In this document: positions 33,254 to 42,258 of the stretch, piece after piece
Layout: every line of letters starts with the position of its first letter
How positions within the stretch are numbered: position 1 is the first letter of the stretch
NCBI GenBank assembly: GCA_964567265.1
Contig: CAZMLK010000001.1
Location: forward strand, 395,723 to 459,722
Length of the DNA: 64,000 nt
Direction of reading: 5' to 3'
Source: an uncultured Candidatus Saccharibacteria bacterium
Lineage (GTDB): Bacteria; Patescibacteriota; Minisyncoccia; Phycocordibacterales; UBA12088
Translations under genes and position numbers: made by a program
Notes under the pieces: generated by a model
Database searches by the model: none
What the model saw: only the letters and a program-made list of their open reading frames with translations
Told to the model about the DNA's origin: nothing

Positions 33254-34546
33254 CTACCTCCGGAGCCACTCTGCGTCCTGGCGGGCGAGAAGCTCTTCCT
33301 TGATCTGCGGATTCGCCATGAACTGCTCGATACAGCGCTCCATGCGGATGGACTGCGAGCCTTTGACGAAAATGACATCCCCTTCCTCCATCATGGACTC
33401 GATCATCTGTCCTGCCTCTTCCGCATCCCTGCATTCGAAAATAGTCTTCTTCTTCATGCCGGCTGCGTGCGCGCTCTTGGCTGAGAAATGCGCCCGCACA
33501 CCGACGGTGAGGAGTATATCCGCGACTTCCGCGAGCTGCTTCCCCGCGATCTTATGCGCTTCGATCGAGTACGAGCCGAGCTCGAGCATGTCGCCGAAGG
33601 CGACGATAGTGCGCCGGTGCGTGGTGAGGCTCTTCAGCGTGGCGACCGCTTCTTCGACCGCAACCGGTGAGGCATTGTAGGAATCATCAACGATCATCGT
33701 CCCCTTCTCTCCCTTCAAAATGCGCATACGGCCCGGCGACGGGATATGGTTCTGGAACGCGTCGCGGAGTTCAGAAAGCGTGACGCCTTCGAGCGTTCCC
33801 ATCGCGGTCGCGGCAAGAAGCGGGTATGCATGCTGGGCGCCAAGAACGCCCGGCAGCGTGAAGTTCGCCGTTTCTCCCCCCGCGTTCACGATGAGCGTGA
33901 TGCCGGAGGTGAGGACATCATTGGTGAGCACGTTCTGGAGCCCGCGACCTTGTATTTCGGAGCCTTCGTGGAATCCATAGGTCACCATCCTTCCTTTCCA
34001 TCCTGCTGCACGCTTCAGGATGTTGTGATCGTCCTTGTTGATGATGAGCGTGCCGTTCTCGGTGAGCGCATGCACGATCTTGAAATCCTCGTCGTTGACG
34101 GCGTCTGGCGAATCGAAATATTCCACATGAACCGGCAGGTCAGGAAAGCGCGTGAGGATGACGGCATCCACAGAGAGCCACTTTGCGAGTGCTTCGATAT
34201 CGCCCGGATGATCCGAACCGACTTCGAGCACCAGCCATTCCGGATACTGCTCCTTCACGAAAATAAGCACGAGCCCCGCGACAATGTTCTTCGTCCACAG
34301 GAACGGATTGTTCCATGCATTCGGCCGCCCGAGGATGGTGAGCGGCACGCCGATCTCGCTGTTGAAGCTCTTCTGGCTTTTCCGCACGAAGTATTTCTCG
34401 GAAAGCGCGACATACACGGCGTCCTTGGTGGACGTCTTTCCGACACTGCCAGAAACCGCGACGATGCGCGGTTTGTATTTCTTAAGGATCAGCCTGGCTT
34501 CGAAGGTCAGTATTGCAACCAGGATGCTGCGAAGAATGTGTTTCAT
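33254..34546 (-). CDS. murF: UDP-N-acetylmuramoyl-tripeptide--D-alanyl-D-alanine ligase
   Basis: Mur ligase P-loop VAVSGSVGKTSTKD and central/C-terminal Mur ligase domains (DDSYNASP). Sits in the division/cell-wall cluster. Confidence 0.9.
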   Translation of the reverse strand: MKHILRSILVAILTFEARLILKKYKPRIVAVSGSVGKTSTKDAVYVALSEKYFVRKSQKSFNSEIGVPLTILGRPNAWNNPFLWTKNIVAGLVLIFVKEQYPEWLVLEVGSDHPGDIEALAKWLSVDAVILTRFPDLPVHVEYFDSPDAVNDEDFKIVHALTENGTLIINKDDHNILKRAAGWKGRMVTYGFHEGSEIQGRGLQNVLTNDVLTSGITLIVNAGGETANFTLPGVLGAQHAYPLLAATAMGTLEGVTLSELRDAFQNHIPSPGRMRILKGEKGTMIVDDSYNASPVAVEEAVATLKSLTTHRRTIVAFGDMLELGSYSIEAHKIAGKQLAEVADILLTVGVRAHFSAKSAHAAGMKKKTIFECRDAEEAGQMIESMMEEGDVIFVKGSQSIRMERCIEQFMANPQIKEELLARQDAEWLRR

Positions 34547-34620
34547 TGTCGAGGAAGCTTAGCATCGGCCGGCAGATCGAAAGCCAGGGCGACGAAGCTT
34601 GGATGGAAGAGTTCAGCTGC

Positions 34621-36333
34621 TTAGCGGTCCGGCGGGAGGTCGTAGTAGTTGATGAGGAAGTCGGTCAGCTCCATGAACGGCTCGGTGAGCGTATGGGATG
34701 CGTATTCCACGCCCTTTGGTTCGACAGTGTAGAGGAAGATGATGAACTTGGGATCGTAGGCCGGAAAGTACCCGAAGAATGAGTGGAGGTACCTGTCATC
34801 ATAATAGCCTCGCGCGCCCTCCTTCGCAATCTGCGCGGTACCGGTTTTCGCGGCGATCGTGTAATGCTCATGCTTGTATTGGCCTCCGAGCAATGACTTA
34901 TCCACAACCTCGACGAGCATGCGCGTGATTTCCTCGGAGGTCTCCTTCTTGAGGACCGGTCCCTCCGGCGGATACACCAGCGCCTTCGAGACGCCTGACG
35001 AGAGCTCGATCTCTTTCCCAAGATGCGGGGTCGGGAGCATGCCGCCGTTCCCGAGGGACGCGAGCGCGCGGATGGTCTCGACCGGCGAGAGCGCGATTCC
35101 CTGTCCGAACGATGCAGTCGCGTATTCGACAGCACGCGGGCTTTCGAGGTTCGTTATGAGGCCTGCGGCTTCGTTCGGAAGGTCGATGCCGGTTTCCTTG
35201 CCGAGATCATAGGCACGCATGTATTTTGCAAAATCATTCCGGCCCATCTTGTCGACGACGAACGCAACGCCGGTATTCAGCGACTGGTTGAGGACTTCCT
35301 GCATCGAGACGACGCCGCGCGCCTTGTGGTCGTAATTCGAGATGGTGTATCCGTCGAGCGTGATATGCCCCATGTCGTTGTATGTCGTCGTTCGCTTCAC
35401 GGCGCCGGAATCGAGGCCAGCCGCCATGGTAAGCGGCTTGATGATCGAGCCCATTTCATACACGTGCTCGACGAGCGGCTGCGCGAAGACCGTGGCATCT
35501 TCTACCTGCTTGAAATTATTGAGATCGAAGGTCGGATTGACCGCGAGCGCGTAAATCGACCCGTCCTTCGGATTCATGATGATGCCACCCGTAAGACGCG
35601 AAGAGTATTTCTGCTCAACACCCTTCAGGATTCCTTCGAGATATTGCTGGACCGACGGCTCGAGCGTGGTTACCACGTCACCAGCCTGACGCTTGCCCGT
35701 CTCGAAGACCGCGCTCCCGATCGTCGAGAACACTTCCGCGAAGAAGTTCACGTCGACGTTCTCAGTGTCGCGCGCAAGAACATCGTTGTAGTACCGCTCG
35801 AGGCCGACGATACCGGTCTCCGTGTCGCCCTGGAATCCGACGAAGCCGAGCGTCTGCGCCCCCAGCATTCCTCCCGGATAGAACCGCCAGCGCTCGCGAT
35901 AGGCGTGCACGCCCGGGAGGTCGAGCCCGTCGATCTTGATTGCCGCATCTTCAGGGACATGATCGGCAATCTCCTCATAGGGATCCTCCTTCTTCGCGGC
36001 GTGCGCCATGAATTCAGCTCGATCGAGCGGCGTGAGCGCATTCAAGGCGGCGTACACCTTTTCAGGGTCGCTGATAAGCCGCGGGTCGATCGCGATTGTG
36101 AAGCCAGAGGCGAGCGTCGCGCCCGAGACCTTCTTCCCATCCTTCGTCTCGAAGAAGATGGTGCCGCGATCGTAAAGATCCTGGTTCGGCCGGACATATT
36201 GCCGGTTGCCCCGCTCCGAATAGACATCGCCATGGACGATTTGTATGAAATACAGCCGGCCGATGAGGACCAGGCCGAACAGCAGTATGAATCCGGCGAT
36301 GAGGCGGATCCGGAGTGTGAAGGCGTGTCGCAT
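34621..36333 (-). CDS. ftsI: penicillin-binding protein (FtsI/PBP3-type transpeptidase)
   Basis: N-terminal TM helix, then GSIIKP (SxxK) and KTGTAQ (KTG). Located between the ftsL-like gene and murF. Confidence 0.9.
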   Translation of the reverse strand: MRHAFTLRIRLIAGFILLFGLVLIGRLYFIQIVHGDVYSERGNRQYVRPNQDLYDRGTIFFETKDGKKVSGATLASGFTIAIDPRLISDPEKVYAALNALTPLDRAEFMAHAAKKEDPYEEIADHVPEDAAIKIDGLDLPGVHAYRERWRFYPGGMLGAQTLGFVGFQGDTETGIVGLERYYNDVLARDTENVDVNFFAEVFSTIGSAVFETGKRQAGDVVTTLEPSVQQYLEGILKGVEQKYSSRLTGGIIMNPKDGSIYALAVNPTFDLNNFKQVEDATVFAQPLVEHVYEMGSIIKPLTMAAGLDSGAVKRTTTYNDMGHITLDGYTISNYDHKARGVVSMQEVLNQSLNTGVAFVVDKMGRNDFAKYMRAYDLGKETGIDLPNEAAGLITNLESPRAVEYATASFGQGIALSPVETIRALASLGNGGMLPTPHLGKEIELSSGVSKALVYPPEGPVLKKETSEEITRMLVEVVDKSLLGGQYKHEHYTIAAKTGTAQIAKEGARGYYDDRYLHSFFGYFPAYDPKFIIFLYTVEPKGVEYASHTLTEPFMELTDFLINYYDLPPDR

Positions 36334-36352
36334 GCGTCGGTTGGCCTTATGC

Positions 36353-36667
36353 CTAGCGGCTCACTGACAACGAGAGTCCCTGACGGGTCACGAATTCCTT
36401 ATCCTTTACCGGCGCGAATCCCGACGCTTCCGCGCGTGCGAAATCGATCGCATCTTTTTTCTGCAAATATATGGCTTCGAGCGTCGCCACCTGGCTGTGC
36501 GTCTGTGCAACCTTTCGGTCCAACTCCTCGCGGAGGACGACGTTCACGATCGACATGCTGATGCCGTACATGTAGACGGCAATCGAAAATCCCCCAACGG
36601 CTATCAAAAGCCAGAAGAGGCGGTAGGGCGCGTTATGAAGGACTAGGGCTCGGACGTGCGATTTCAT
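36353..36667 (-). CDS. ftsL: FtsL-like small bitopic division protein
   Basis: 104 aa with a single TM helix (LFWLLIAVGGFSIAVYMYGI) followed by a helical segment. Positioned between rsmH and ftsI. Confidence 0.55.
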   Translation of the reverse strand: MKSHVRALVLHNAPYRLFWLLIAVGGFSIAVYMYGISMSIVNVVLREELDRKVAQTHSQVATLEAIYLQKKDAIDFARAEASGFAPVKDKEFVTRQGLSLSVSR

Positions 36668-36678
36668 AAGATGTGGAG

Positions 36679-37584
36679 CTAGTGTTTTTGGAAAATGCGG
36701 AGCTTCGCGCTGCGGGATGGCGGATTCGCCTTGAGCTCCTCGGGCGATGCGGTTATCGGCCGCTTCGGTATCAAGGAACCTACTCCCTCGCGTTCTGCAT
36801 CCTTGAACATCGTCTTCACGATACGGTCTTCGATGCTATGGAAGCTGATGATTGCGATGCGACCGTTTGGCGGAAGGATCTTGACCGCTTTCTCGATCGT
36901 CTCGCGCAGGGCTCCCAACTCATCGTTGGTGGCGATACGAAGCGCCTGGAAGGTCTTTGTGGCTGGATGGATGCGTCGTCTGCGGTACCATGCCGGCACG
37001 GCAGCTTCGATGATGGCGACGAGCTTTCCGGTCGTGTCGATCGGTGATTCCTCGCGCGCTTCGACGATGGCCTTCGCGATGCGCCTGGCGAACTGCTCCT
37101 CTCCGTAGCCGAAGATGATGTCCGCGATCGTCGCCTCGCTCCACTCGTTCACGATCATCGCTGCGGTGAAATCGGAATCGCCTGGTGTCTCTTGGTAGGT
37201 CATCAGGAGTGGCTCATCCTTTTGGAACGAGAACCCCCTTCCGACCTCTCCTTCGACTCCATCTATCTGATTCCGGCTCCACCCGAGGTCGAGGAGGAGC
37301 TTGTTCGGAGCACTGATGCCAAATCTCTGGGCTATCGCATCAAAGTTCCGAAAGTTGTCCTCAACCAGGTGTATGGCGGGCTTCGCGCCCTCCAGCCGCT
37401 TCTTGGTCTTCTCAAGCGCGCTTCTATCGAGATCGATCCCGATCAAGACGCCGCCGGTGCCAAGCTTCGAGGCGATCAGCTCGCTGTGCCCCCCTCCGTT
37501 CGCGGTGCCGTCGATGACGACGTCGTTCTCAGTGAGGGCCAGTCCGTCGATCGATTCGTTCAGAAGTACGGTGTAGTGGGACAT
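36679..37584 (-). CDS. rsmH: 16S rRNA (cytosine1402-N4)-methyltransferase RsmH/MraW
   Basis: HYTVLLNESIDGL ... DGTANGGGHS ... DLGWS..Q ... SFHSIEDRIVK. Start at the internal ATG abutting the mraZ stop. Confidence 0.9.
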   Translation of the reverse strand: MSHYTVLLNESIDGLALTENDVVIDGTANGGGHSELIASKLGTGGVLIGIDLDRSALEKTKKRLEGAKPAIHLVEDNFRNFDAIAQRFGISAPNKLLLDLGWSRNQIDGVEGEVGRGFSFQKDEPLLMTYQETPGDSDFTAAMIVNEWSEATIADIIFGYGEEQFARRIAKAIVEAREESPIDTTGKLVAIIEAAVPAWYRRRRIHPATKTFQALRIATNDELGALRETIEKAVKILPPNGRIAIISFHSIEDRIVKTMFKDAEREGVGSLIPKRPITASPEELKANPPSRSAKLRIFQKH

Positions 37585-37585
37585 G

Positions 37586-38020
37586 TTAGATGATTCCCAC
37601 TTCCCCGAGCTTCTCTGCCATCGAATCTGCCTGCTTCTCGATCCGCTTCTTGTAGTCCTGCCAGGTATCCACGTCCCAGACTTCGACTCGGGTCTCCACT
37701 CCAGCGAGTACGACTTTGTCTTTGAGCGCAGCAAACTCCTTGAGGAAGTCCGGGACGAGCATCCTGCCCACCTGGTCTACCTCGACCTCGACTGCTCCCG
37801 AAAAGAGGAAGCGGCTGAAGCCTCGAGTGTCGGCCTGACCCATGGGAAGGTTGCGGACCTTCTCGGTAATCGTCTTCCATTCCTTCAGCGAGTACACGAA
37901 GAGGCAGGCATCGAGGCCTTTGGTCATGATGACCGTCCGGCCCAGTTCTTTGCGGAATTTCGCCGGCAAAGACAAGCGCTTCTTCGGGTCCAATGTGTGG
38001 GTGTACTCGCCTATCAGCAT
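37586..38020 (-). CDS. mraZ: transcriptional regulator MraZ
   Basis: MLIGEYTHTLDPKKRLSLPAKFR and a second DxxxR-type repeat (VEVDQVGRMLVP). Confidence 0.9.
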   Translation of the reverse strand: MLIGEYTHTLDPKKRLSLPAKFRKELGRTVIMTKGLDACLFVYSLKEWKTITEKVRNLPMGQADTRGFSRFLFSGAVEVEVDQVGRMLVPDFLKEFAALKDKVVLAGVETRVEVWDVDTWQDYKKRIEKQADSMAEKLGEVGII

Positions 38021-38031
38021 GTAGCCAATTT

Positions 38032-38100
38032 ACCACTTCTTCCCACTTAGTCACAAGTGTATAACACTTCATCCCACCCGCCTACACCTGGGTTATCCAC
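38032..38100 (-). promoter_or_regulatory. putative MraZ operator boxes / mraZ promoter region
   Basis: Minus strand GTGG(G/T/A) boxes at 38032, 38042 (10-bp spacing), 38073 and 38096. AAGTGT-ata-ACACTT inverted repeat lies between them. Confidence 0.3.
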
Positions 38101-38115
38101 AGAAATGCGAAAAAC

Positions 38116-38144
38116 TTGACAGATTAATACCAATGATTTATGGT
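38116..38144 (+). promoter_or_regulatory. sigma70-like promoter, divergent from mraZ
   Basis: TTGACA-17 nt-TATGGT. Confidence 0.45.
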
Positions 38145-38150
38145 TTCGAA

Positions 38151-38340
38151 GTTGTGTTTTACAATACTGTTCCTTCGTCGAGGATGTACCTCACCCAGAA
38201 TTCCGAATGACGTGCTCACGACCGCAGTGCGTAGACTTCTTTTCGGGAAACTAGACTTCTACCGCTGTAGCATTCGTCAAACAAATCCGCGCAAGCGGTA
38301 GCCTGCCAAACGCGATAGCGTACGGCAGGCTTCTTTTTTA
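38151..38340 (+). ncRNA. candidate ~190-nt non-coding RNA (unassigned)
   Basis: Bounded by the promoter above and the terminator GCCTGCC...GGCAGGC-TTCTTTTTT. Only 8- and 15-codon ORFs lacking an RBS. Contains the GNRA hairpin CCGC-GCAA-GCGG and a TAGACTTCT direct repeat. Confidence 0.3.
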
Positions 38341-38361
38341 TTCGAGTATGAAAAATGGAAA

Positions 38362-38393
38362 GGCCCGGAATTTCCTGTCGGAAATTCCGGGCC
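38362..38393 (-). terminator. rho-independent terminator of the 38401 gene
   Basis: 14-bp stem GGCCCGGAATTTCC-tgtc-GGAAATTCCGGGCC, followed on the minus strand by TTTCCATTTTTC. Confidence 0.8.
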
Positions 38394-38400
38394 GTGTGCG

Positions 38401-38805
38401 CTACGAGGACCTTCGCGGCCCCGTGGATCGAAAATCAACTGCCATAGTGCCTGCGACTTTTCGTGATGCATGTACCCCGGCCACGCGTGCCGCCTTGCCC
38501 GATCGTGCAATGATTTCAATCGGACGCGTAAGCCGAGTCGGCTTCCCGTCCAAACCATCGAGCTTCACTGTCAGTCGAATACGGGGATTCGGAGAATCCG
38601 AGCCGCCTCCAGTTTGATATTCGACGTCCCCGACCGTGATCCCCGCAAGAAGGACTGCCTCTGATTCTGATCGGCAGAGATCAACAAGCGCCTGGCGCGT
38701 TGCCCGTTTCTTTTCTTCAAGGCTTCCGCGCGTTGTGCGAAAAATCGTAATCGCAACACCATCGATGCGGGCCAGTTGCGCCTTACGCTTCGGCACTTCG
38801 ACCAT
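38401..38805 (-). CDS. hypothetical protein (134 aa)
   Basis: GGAGG RBS 6 nt before the ATG and a strong terminator. No recognised motif. Confidence 0.5.
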   Translation of the reverse strand: MVEVPKRKAQLARIDGVAITIFRTTRGSLEEKKRATRQALVDLCRSESEAVLLAGITVGDVEYQTGGGSDSPNPRIRLTVKLDGLDGKPTRLTRPIEIIARSGKAARVAGVHASRKVAGTMAVDFRSTGPRRSS

Positions 38806-38865
38806 CGATCACCTCCATCTGTGATTTGGAATTCTCAGTGGAGAATACAACAACAAGATCATTCG

Positions 38866-40455
38866 TCAAGCAGAGACTTCACGGAGACGCGCCACAAGGA
38901 AGTCTCGGTCCAGGACAGAGAGGAACCAGCCTGCCTTCGGACCGGAATCCTTGCCGAGGAATGACTGATAGAGCGCGCCGAAGAATGCCTTTGCATCAAG
39001 TCCGCTTTCCTTCCGAATCTCGTGGAGCGCGGTGTGAAGTCCTTCCCCAGTGAGAACTTCATTTGATTCGACATATGCAAGCACCTTCCCGAGCGCCGCC
39101 TTCTGCTCGCCTGAAATATTCTTCGCGTCCTCAGGAACGTCGCCTGTCTGGAGCTCGAACTTGAAGTCATCGTCTGCGTACTTGTCGAGCCAGAAGCGCG
39201 CATATTTTGCACGGAGGGCGGCTTCTGCGCGATCGTCTTCGGTGAGCGGACTTCCTTTCATGCGTTCGACTTCCTGGTACAGATCCATGTGCGGCATCTG
39301 CACGATGAACGCGACCTGCGAGAATCGCGGCAAGAAATGCTCGGGGATCATTTCACGCTCCTCAGGGAAATGGATGAAGCGGAAGAGACGCGTATCATCG
39401 TCTTCAACGCCGCTCCACGCCTTCTCCGCGAGCTTGTCGAATTGGTCGAAGAGTATCGGGATCGTATCACCTGCTGGATCGACATTCACTTGCTGGTTGA
39501 TGTCCTTGCCGAGAAGCGCGAGGCGGAAGATATGGGGCGGCAGAAGATCAGCGACATCGCGTGCAGCAGACGCATTCCCTTTCGAAGAAGACATCTTCTT
39601 GCCGCCGATCAGGAAGAACTCGTACGGCACGTTGAATGGCGGCTCGTGGCCAAAGACTTGCTTCGAGATAGCGTTCGCGACCTCGCGTGAGCCACCTTTC
39701 GTGGAGTGGTCCTTCCCCGCACCTTCGATCGCGACATTCATGACTTTGAATTTCGCCGCCCACTCTACTTTCCACGGAAGCTTCGCGCGGCCGTCGAACG
39801 GCGAGACGCTTCCTTCATGCGCGCACCCTTCCGCCCACTTCACCATGTTCGGCATGCAGACATACGAAACCCTTTCACCATCAAATCCGGTGACCTTGGT
39901 GGTGCCGATCTTGCCGCAGTTCTCGCAGATGACCTGGAGCGGATACCAGTCGTCAGGCTTCACTGAGTTTGAAATTTCCTTGTAGAGACGGCGAATGACG
40001 TCTGCGTGTTCAAGCGCGAGGCGGATGACGTCGTTGAATTCGCCCGCGCGATACTTGTCGCTGAGGCGATAGTAGCTTGGGTGGAACCCGGCTTCCTCGA
40101 TGACACCGGTGAACTCGAGTCCGTAGTACTCGGCGAAATTCTTCGCGTTGCCGACGGGAGATGGGATCGTAAAGAGCGGCTGGCCCATGTACTTGCGATA
40201 GACGGCCTCATCGAGGTACGCCGGCATGCCGTCCATCGGGTCCATGTCGTTGATCTCATAGAAAAACTCGTTGTCGACGCCCGCTTCCGTAAGCGCCTCA
40301 GAAATGACTCCGTGGATGGCTGCGCCGCGCATCGAGCCCACGTGTACCCGACCAGAGGCAGTCTTCTCATCGCGTATGACGAGTTTCTCTCCCGCTTTGA
40401 TGCGGGTTGCCAGCTTTTCTTGTATGTCGCCCGTAAGGCGGTCTAGCCAGAACAT
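38866..40455 (-). CDS. lysK: lysyl-tRNA synthetase, class I
   Basis: ASGRVHVGSMRGAAIHG (HIGH-like) and GGKKMSSSKGN (KMSKS). The 529-aa architecture fits class I LysRS. Confidence 0.9.
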   Translation of the reverse strand: MFWLDRLTGDIQEKLATRIKAGEKLVIRDEKTASGRVHVGSMRGAAIHGVISEALTEAGVDNEFFYEINDMDPMDGMPAYLDEAVYRKYMGQPLFTIPSPVGNAKNFAEYYGLEFTGVIEEAGFHPSYYRLSDKYRAGEFNDVIRLALEHADVIRRLYKEISNSVKPDDWYPLQVICENCGKIGTTKVTGFDGERVSYVCMPNMVKWAEGCAHEGSVSPFDGRAKLPWKVEWAAKFKVMNVAIEGAGKDHSTKGGSREVANAISKQVFGHEPPFNVPYEFFLIGGKKMSSSKGNASAARDVADLLPPHIFRLALLGKDINQQVNVDPAGDTIPILFDQFDKLAEKAWSGVEDDDTRLFRFIHFPEEREMIPEHFLPRFSQVAFIVQMPHMDLYQEVERMKGSPLTEDDRAEAALRAKYARFWLDKYADDDFKFELQTGDVPEDAKNISGEQKAALGKVLAYVESNEVLTGEGLHTALHEIRKESGLDAKAFFGALYQSFLGKDSGPKAGWFLSVLDRDFLVARLREVSA

Positions 40456-40531
40456 TTCCCTATCCTAGCGATAATTGACTGAATAGTAAAATGATGGTTT
40501 TCTGTGTCGGGCAATCATACGGAGGTTCAGA

Positions 40532-40879
40532 ATGGCGACCAAGATGACGGTAAGCGCAGTCCTCGCTGAGGCGGCGGATGAACTCCAAGCTGAATTTTCC
40601 ACTGGGAATGCGATTCTGATCCGAATGCTTTGCACGGATCTGAGAGACATCCCAATAGAGCGAGGGCAAGATACACTCCTTAAGAAGATGGCGAAGGGCA
40701 TGCCCCGGTCGAGTTCGGATTCGGAAGTCAACTTGTATATGTATCTGATGATCCTGCGCCTATTCGCACAGTCCTTCAGGGTAGCAGCAGCGAGCCAGAG
40801 AATGGCAGAGCTCGAACAACGTGTCGGCGAGCTCGACAATCGGACTATGGGTGATTTTCGCGTCGGCAATGTCGGCTAG
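40532..40879 (+). CDS. hypothetical protein (115 aa)
   Basis: ACGGAGG RBS and a strong terminator downstream. No recognised motif. Confidence 0.5.
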   Translation: MATKMTVSAVLAEAADELQAEFSTGNAILIRMLCTDLRDIPIERGQDTLLKKMAKGMPRSSSDSEVNLYMYLMILRLFAQSFRVAAASQRMAELEQRVGELDNRTMGDFRVGNVG

Positions 40880-40888
40880 TGGCGTGTG

Positions 40889-40925
40889 GCGGAGTCCTTT
40901 CGGGACTCCGCTGCTTTCTTTTTTA
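40889..40925 (+). terminator. rho-independent terminator
   Basis: GCGGAGTCC-tttcg-GGACTCCGC followed by TGCTTTCTTTTTT. Confidence 0.8.
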
Positions 40926-40988
40926 CTTTGACAGTTTTTTCTGGAAGTGGTTTAAGAAAGCAAGACCCCGAGAAAGGAGTACGAGTGG

Positions 40989-41372
40989 ATGCATGGAGGA
41001 ACTATTTCTGTCAGGGACCTGCTTCGAGATATTGGAGACCCGGAGAAGCATTGGCATCGGGACGACAAGACGCGTGCTGAGCGTTTAGCACGGCTCGGCG
41101 AGGCACTCGACGAATCGGGCAGTCGTATGCTCTCCCCATACCAAGAAGGCGTCATCCGCGAGCAGTGTCGCTCGCTTTGGTTCGGCCCATCTCCTCGGGA
41201 AGCCGAAATTATCTTTCCAGCGATCGCAAGCATGATTGCCGCGTTCATATCGATGAACGGACACAGAATCCCCACGCGCATGTTGCGCGCCGCCAAAGGA
41301 CCGTCAGCCAATGGCTCGACACCCCATGTGAACCAGGACACTCGAGACGCTGCACGTCCTCCATTTATCTGA
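40989..41372 (+). CDS. hypothetical protein (127 aa)
   Basis: TTGACA-N17-TTTAAG promoter and AAAGGAG RBS upstream, hairpin downstream. No recognised motif. Confidence 0.5.
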   Translation: MHGGTISVRDLLRDIGDPEKHWHRDDKTRAERLARLGEALDESGSRMLSPYQEGVIREQCRSLWFGPSPREAEIIFPAIASMIAAFISMNGHRIPTRMLRAAKGPSANGSTPHVNQDTRDAARPPFI

Positions 41373-41393
41373 CGAGTTGCTGCGTTTGTCGCG

Positions 41394-41428
41394 TCGCCGC
41401 GAAGCCCCCGAGGGCTTCGCGGCGATTT
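41394..41428 (+). terminator. hairpin terminator
   Basis: 14-bp stem TCGCCGCGAAGCCC-ccga-GGGCTTCGCGGCGA followed by TTTGC. Confidence 0.65.
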
Positions 41429-41488
41429 GCATAAAAAAGCCCGCGCATCTCACGAGGAGAATGGCGGGCTAGGTCGAGCGAACTCTGG

Positions 41489-41611
41489 CTACTGGATTAG
41501 GTGCGCGAACACGGGTGCTCCGGCAAGGAGGAGAAGAATGATCAATCCGAGAAACTTATAGGATCTCGGCTTCCGGCACGGCAGGCCGATGACTTCATCC
41601 ATGATGGCCAT
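41489..41611 (-). CDS. possible 40-aa membrane micro-protein
   Basis: Translated by hand: MAIMDEVIGLPCRKPRSYKFLGLIILLLLAGAPVFAHLIQ. GAAGG lies adjacent to the ATG. Hairpin AGCCCGC...GCGGGCT plus TTTTTT lies downstream. Confidence 0.35.
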   Translation of the reverse strand: MAIMDEVIGLPCRKPRSYKFLGLIILLLLAGAPVFAHLIQ

Positions 41612-41675
41612 CCTTCACGAAAAGAACATGATACTACTGAACATGCTCTTTTGGAGAGGATATGTCAATTGTGGA

Positions 41676-41716
41676 AAACGAAACCGCGCGGTCAAAGCCC
41701 GCGCGGTTTCGTTTTA
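41676..41716. terminator. bidirectional terminator downstream of greA
   Basis: AAAAC-GAAACCGCGCGG-tcaaagc-CCGCGCGGTTTC-GTTTT. Confidence 0.8.
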
Positions 41717-41731
41717 GTACATTCAGTGAAC

Positions 41732-42202
41732 CTACTCGACCTCCGAGATCTTGTAGTACTGCTTGCCGTTCGGAGTCTCGAATGAAAACTTCTCCCCCTT
41801 CTTCTTCCCCATCATCGCCTCGCCAAGCGGTGAGAGATGCGAGATTTTCCGTTCAATCATGTTGGCCTCCTCGCTGCCCACGATCTCGTACTTGTGGAGA
41901 TCCTTGTCGCCTTCTTTTTGGATAGAGACGTGCGAGCCGATGGTCACCGCATCACCCTTCTTCGGAGAGACGATCTTCGCGGTCTGGAGGATGGTCTCGA
42001 GCTTCTTGATGCGCTCTTCAGTCGCGGCCTGGAGATCACGCGCTTCTTGATATTCCGCGTTCTCAGAGAGGTCGCCGAGCGAACGGGCATACTCAAGGCT
42101 CTCCGCGATCTCCTTGCGGCGCGTGGTTTTTAAATAATCGAGCTCTTTCTTGAGCTCTTCAAACTTCTCCTGCGATAGGTACTCGGTGTTGTTCTCAGTC
42201 AT
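41732..42202 (-). CDS. greA: transcription elongation factor GreA
   Basis: LKKELDYLKTTRRKEIAESLEYARSLGDLSENAEYQEARD and the C-terminal FKBP-like domain. Confidence 0.9.
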   Translation of the reverse strand: MTENNTEYLSQEKFEELKKELDYLKTTRRKEIAESLEYARSLGDLSENAEYQEARDLQAATEERIKKLETILQTAKIVSPKKGDAVTIGSHVSIQKEGDKDLHKYEIVGSEEANMIERKISHLSPLGEAMMGKKKGEKFSFETPNGKQYYKISEVE

Positions 42203-42258
42203 GAATATTTGTTGTTTTGAATGGGCATATTCTACACGAAATCGCCCGATTGTCGAGG

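Noticed and set aside
37585-37734. N-terminal extensions in the ORF track for rsmH. The same applies to EVE 3535..3672, rplI 11103..11144, yqeY 22480..22800, frr 49872..50069, holB 51024..51101, mreB2 56633..56719 and murA 60827..60922.
   Set aside because: The extensions overlap upstream genes or promoter elements and are not part of the conserved family N-termini. Internal Met codons match homolog starts.
40456-40531. T-box or other riboswitch leaders upstream of the aminoacyl-tRNA synthetase genes lysK, cysS (13466-13497) and proS (47483-47560).
   Set aside because: The leaders are far too short (0-30 nt between the -10 box and the start codon) and lack specifier or antiterminator features.
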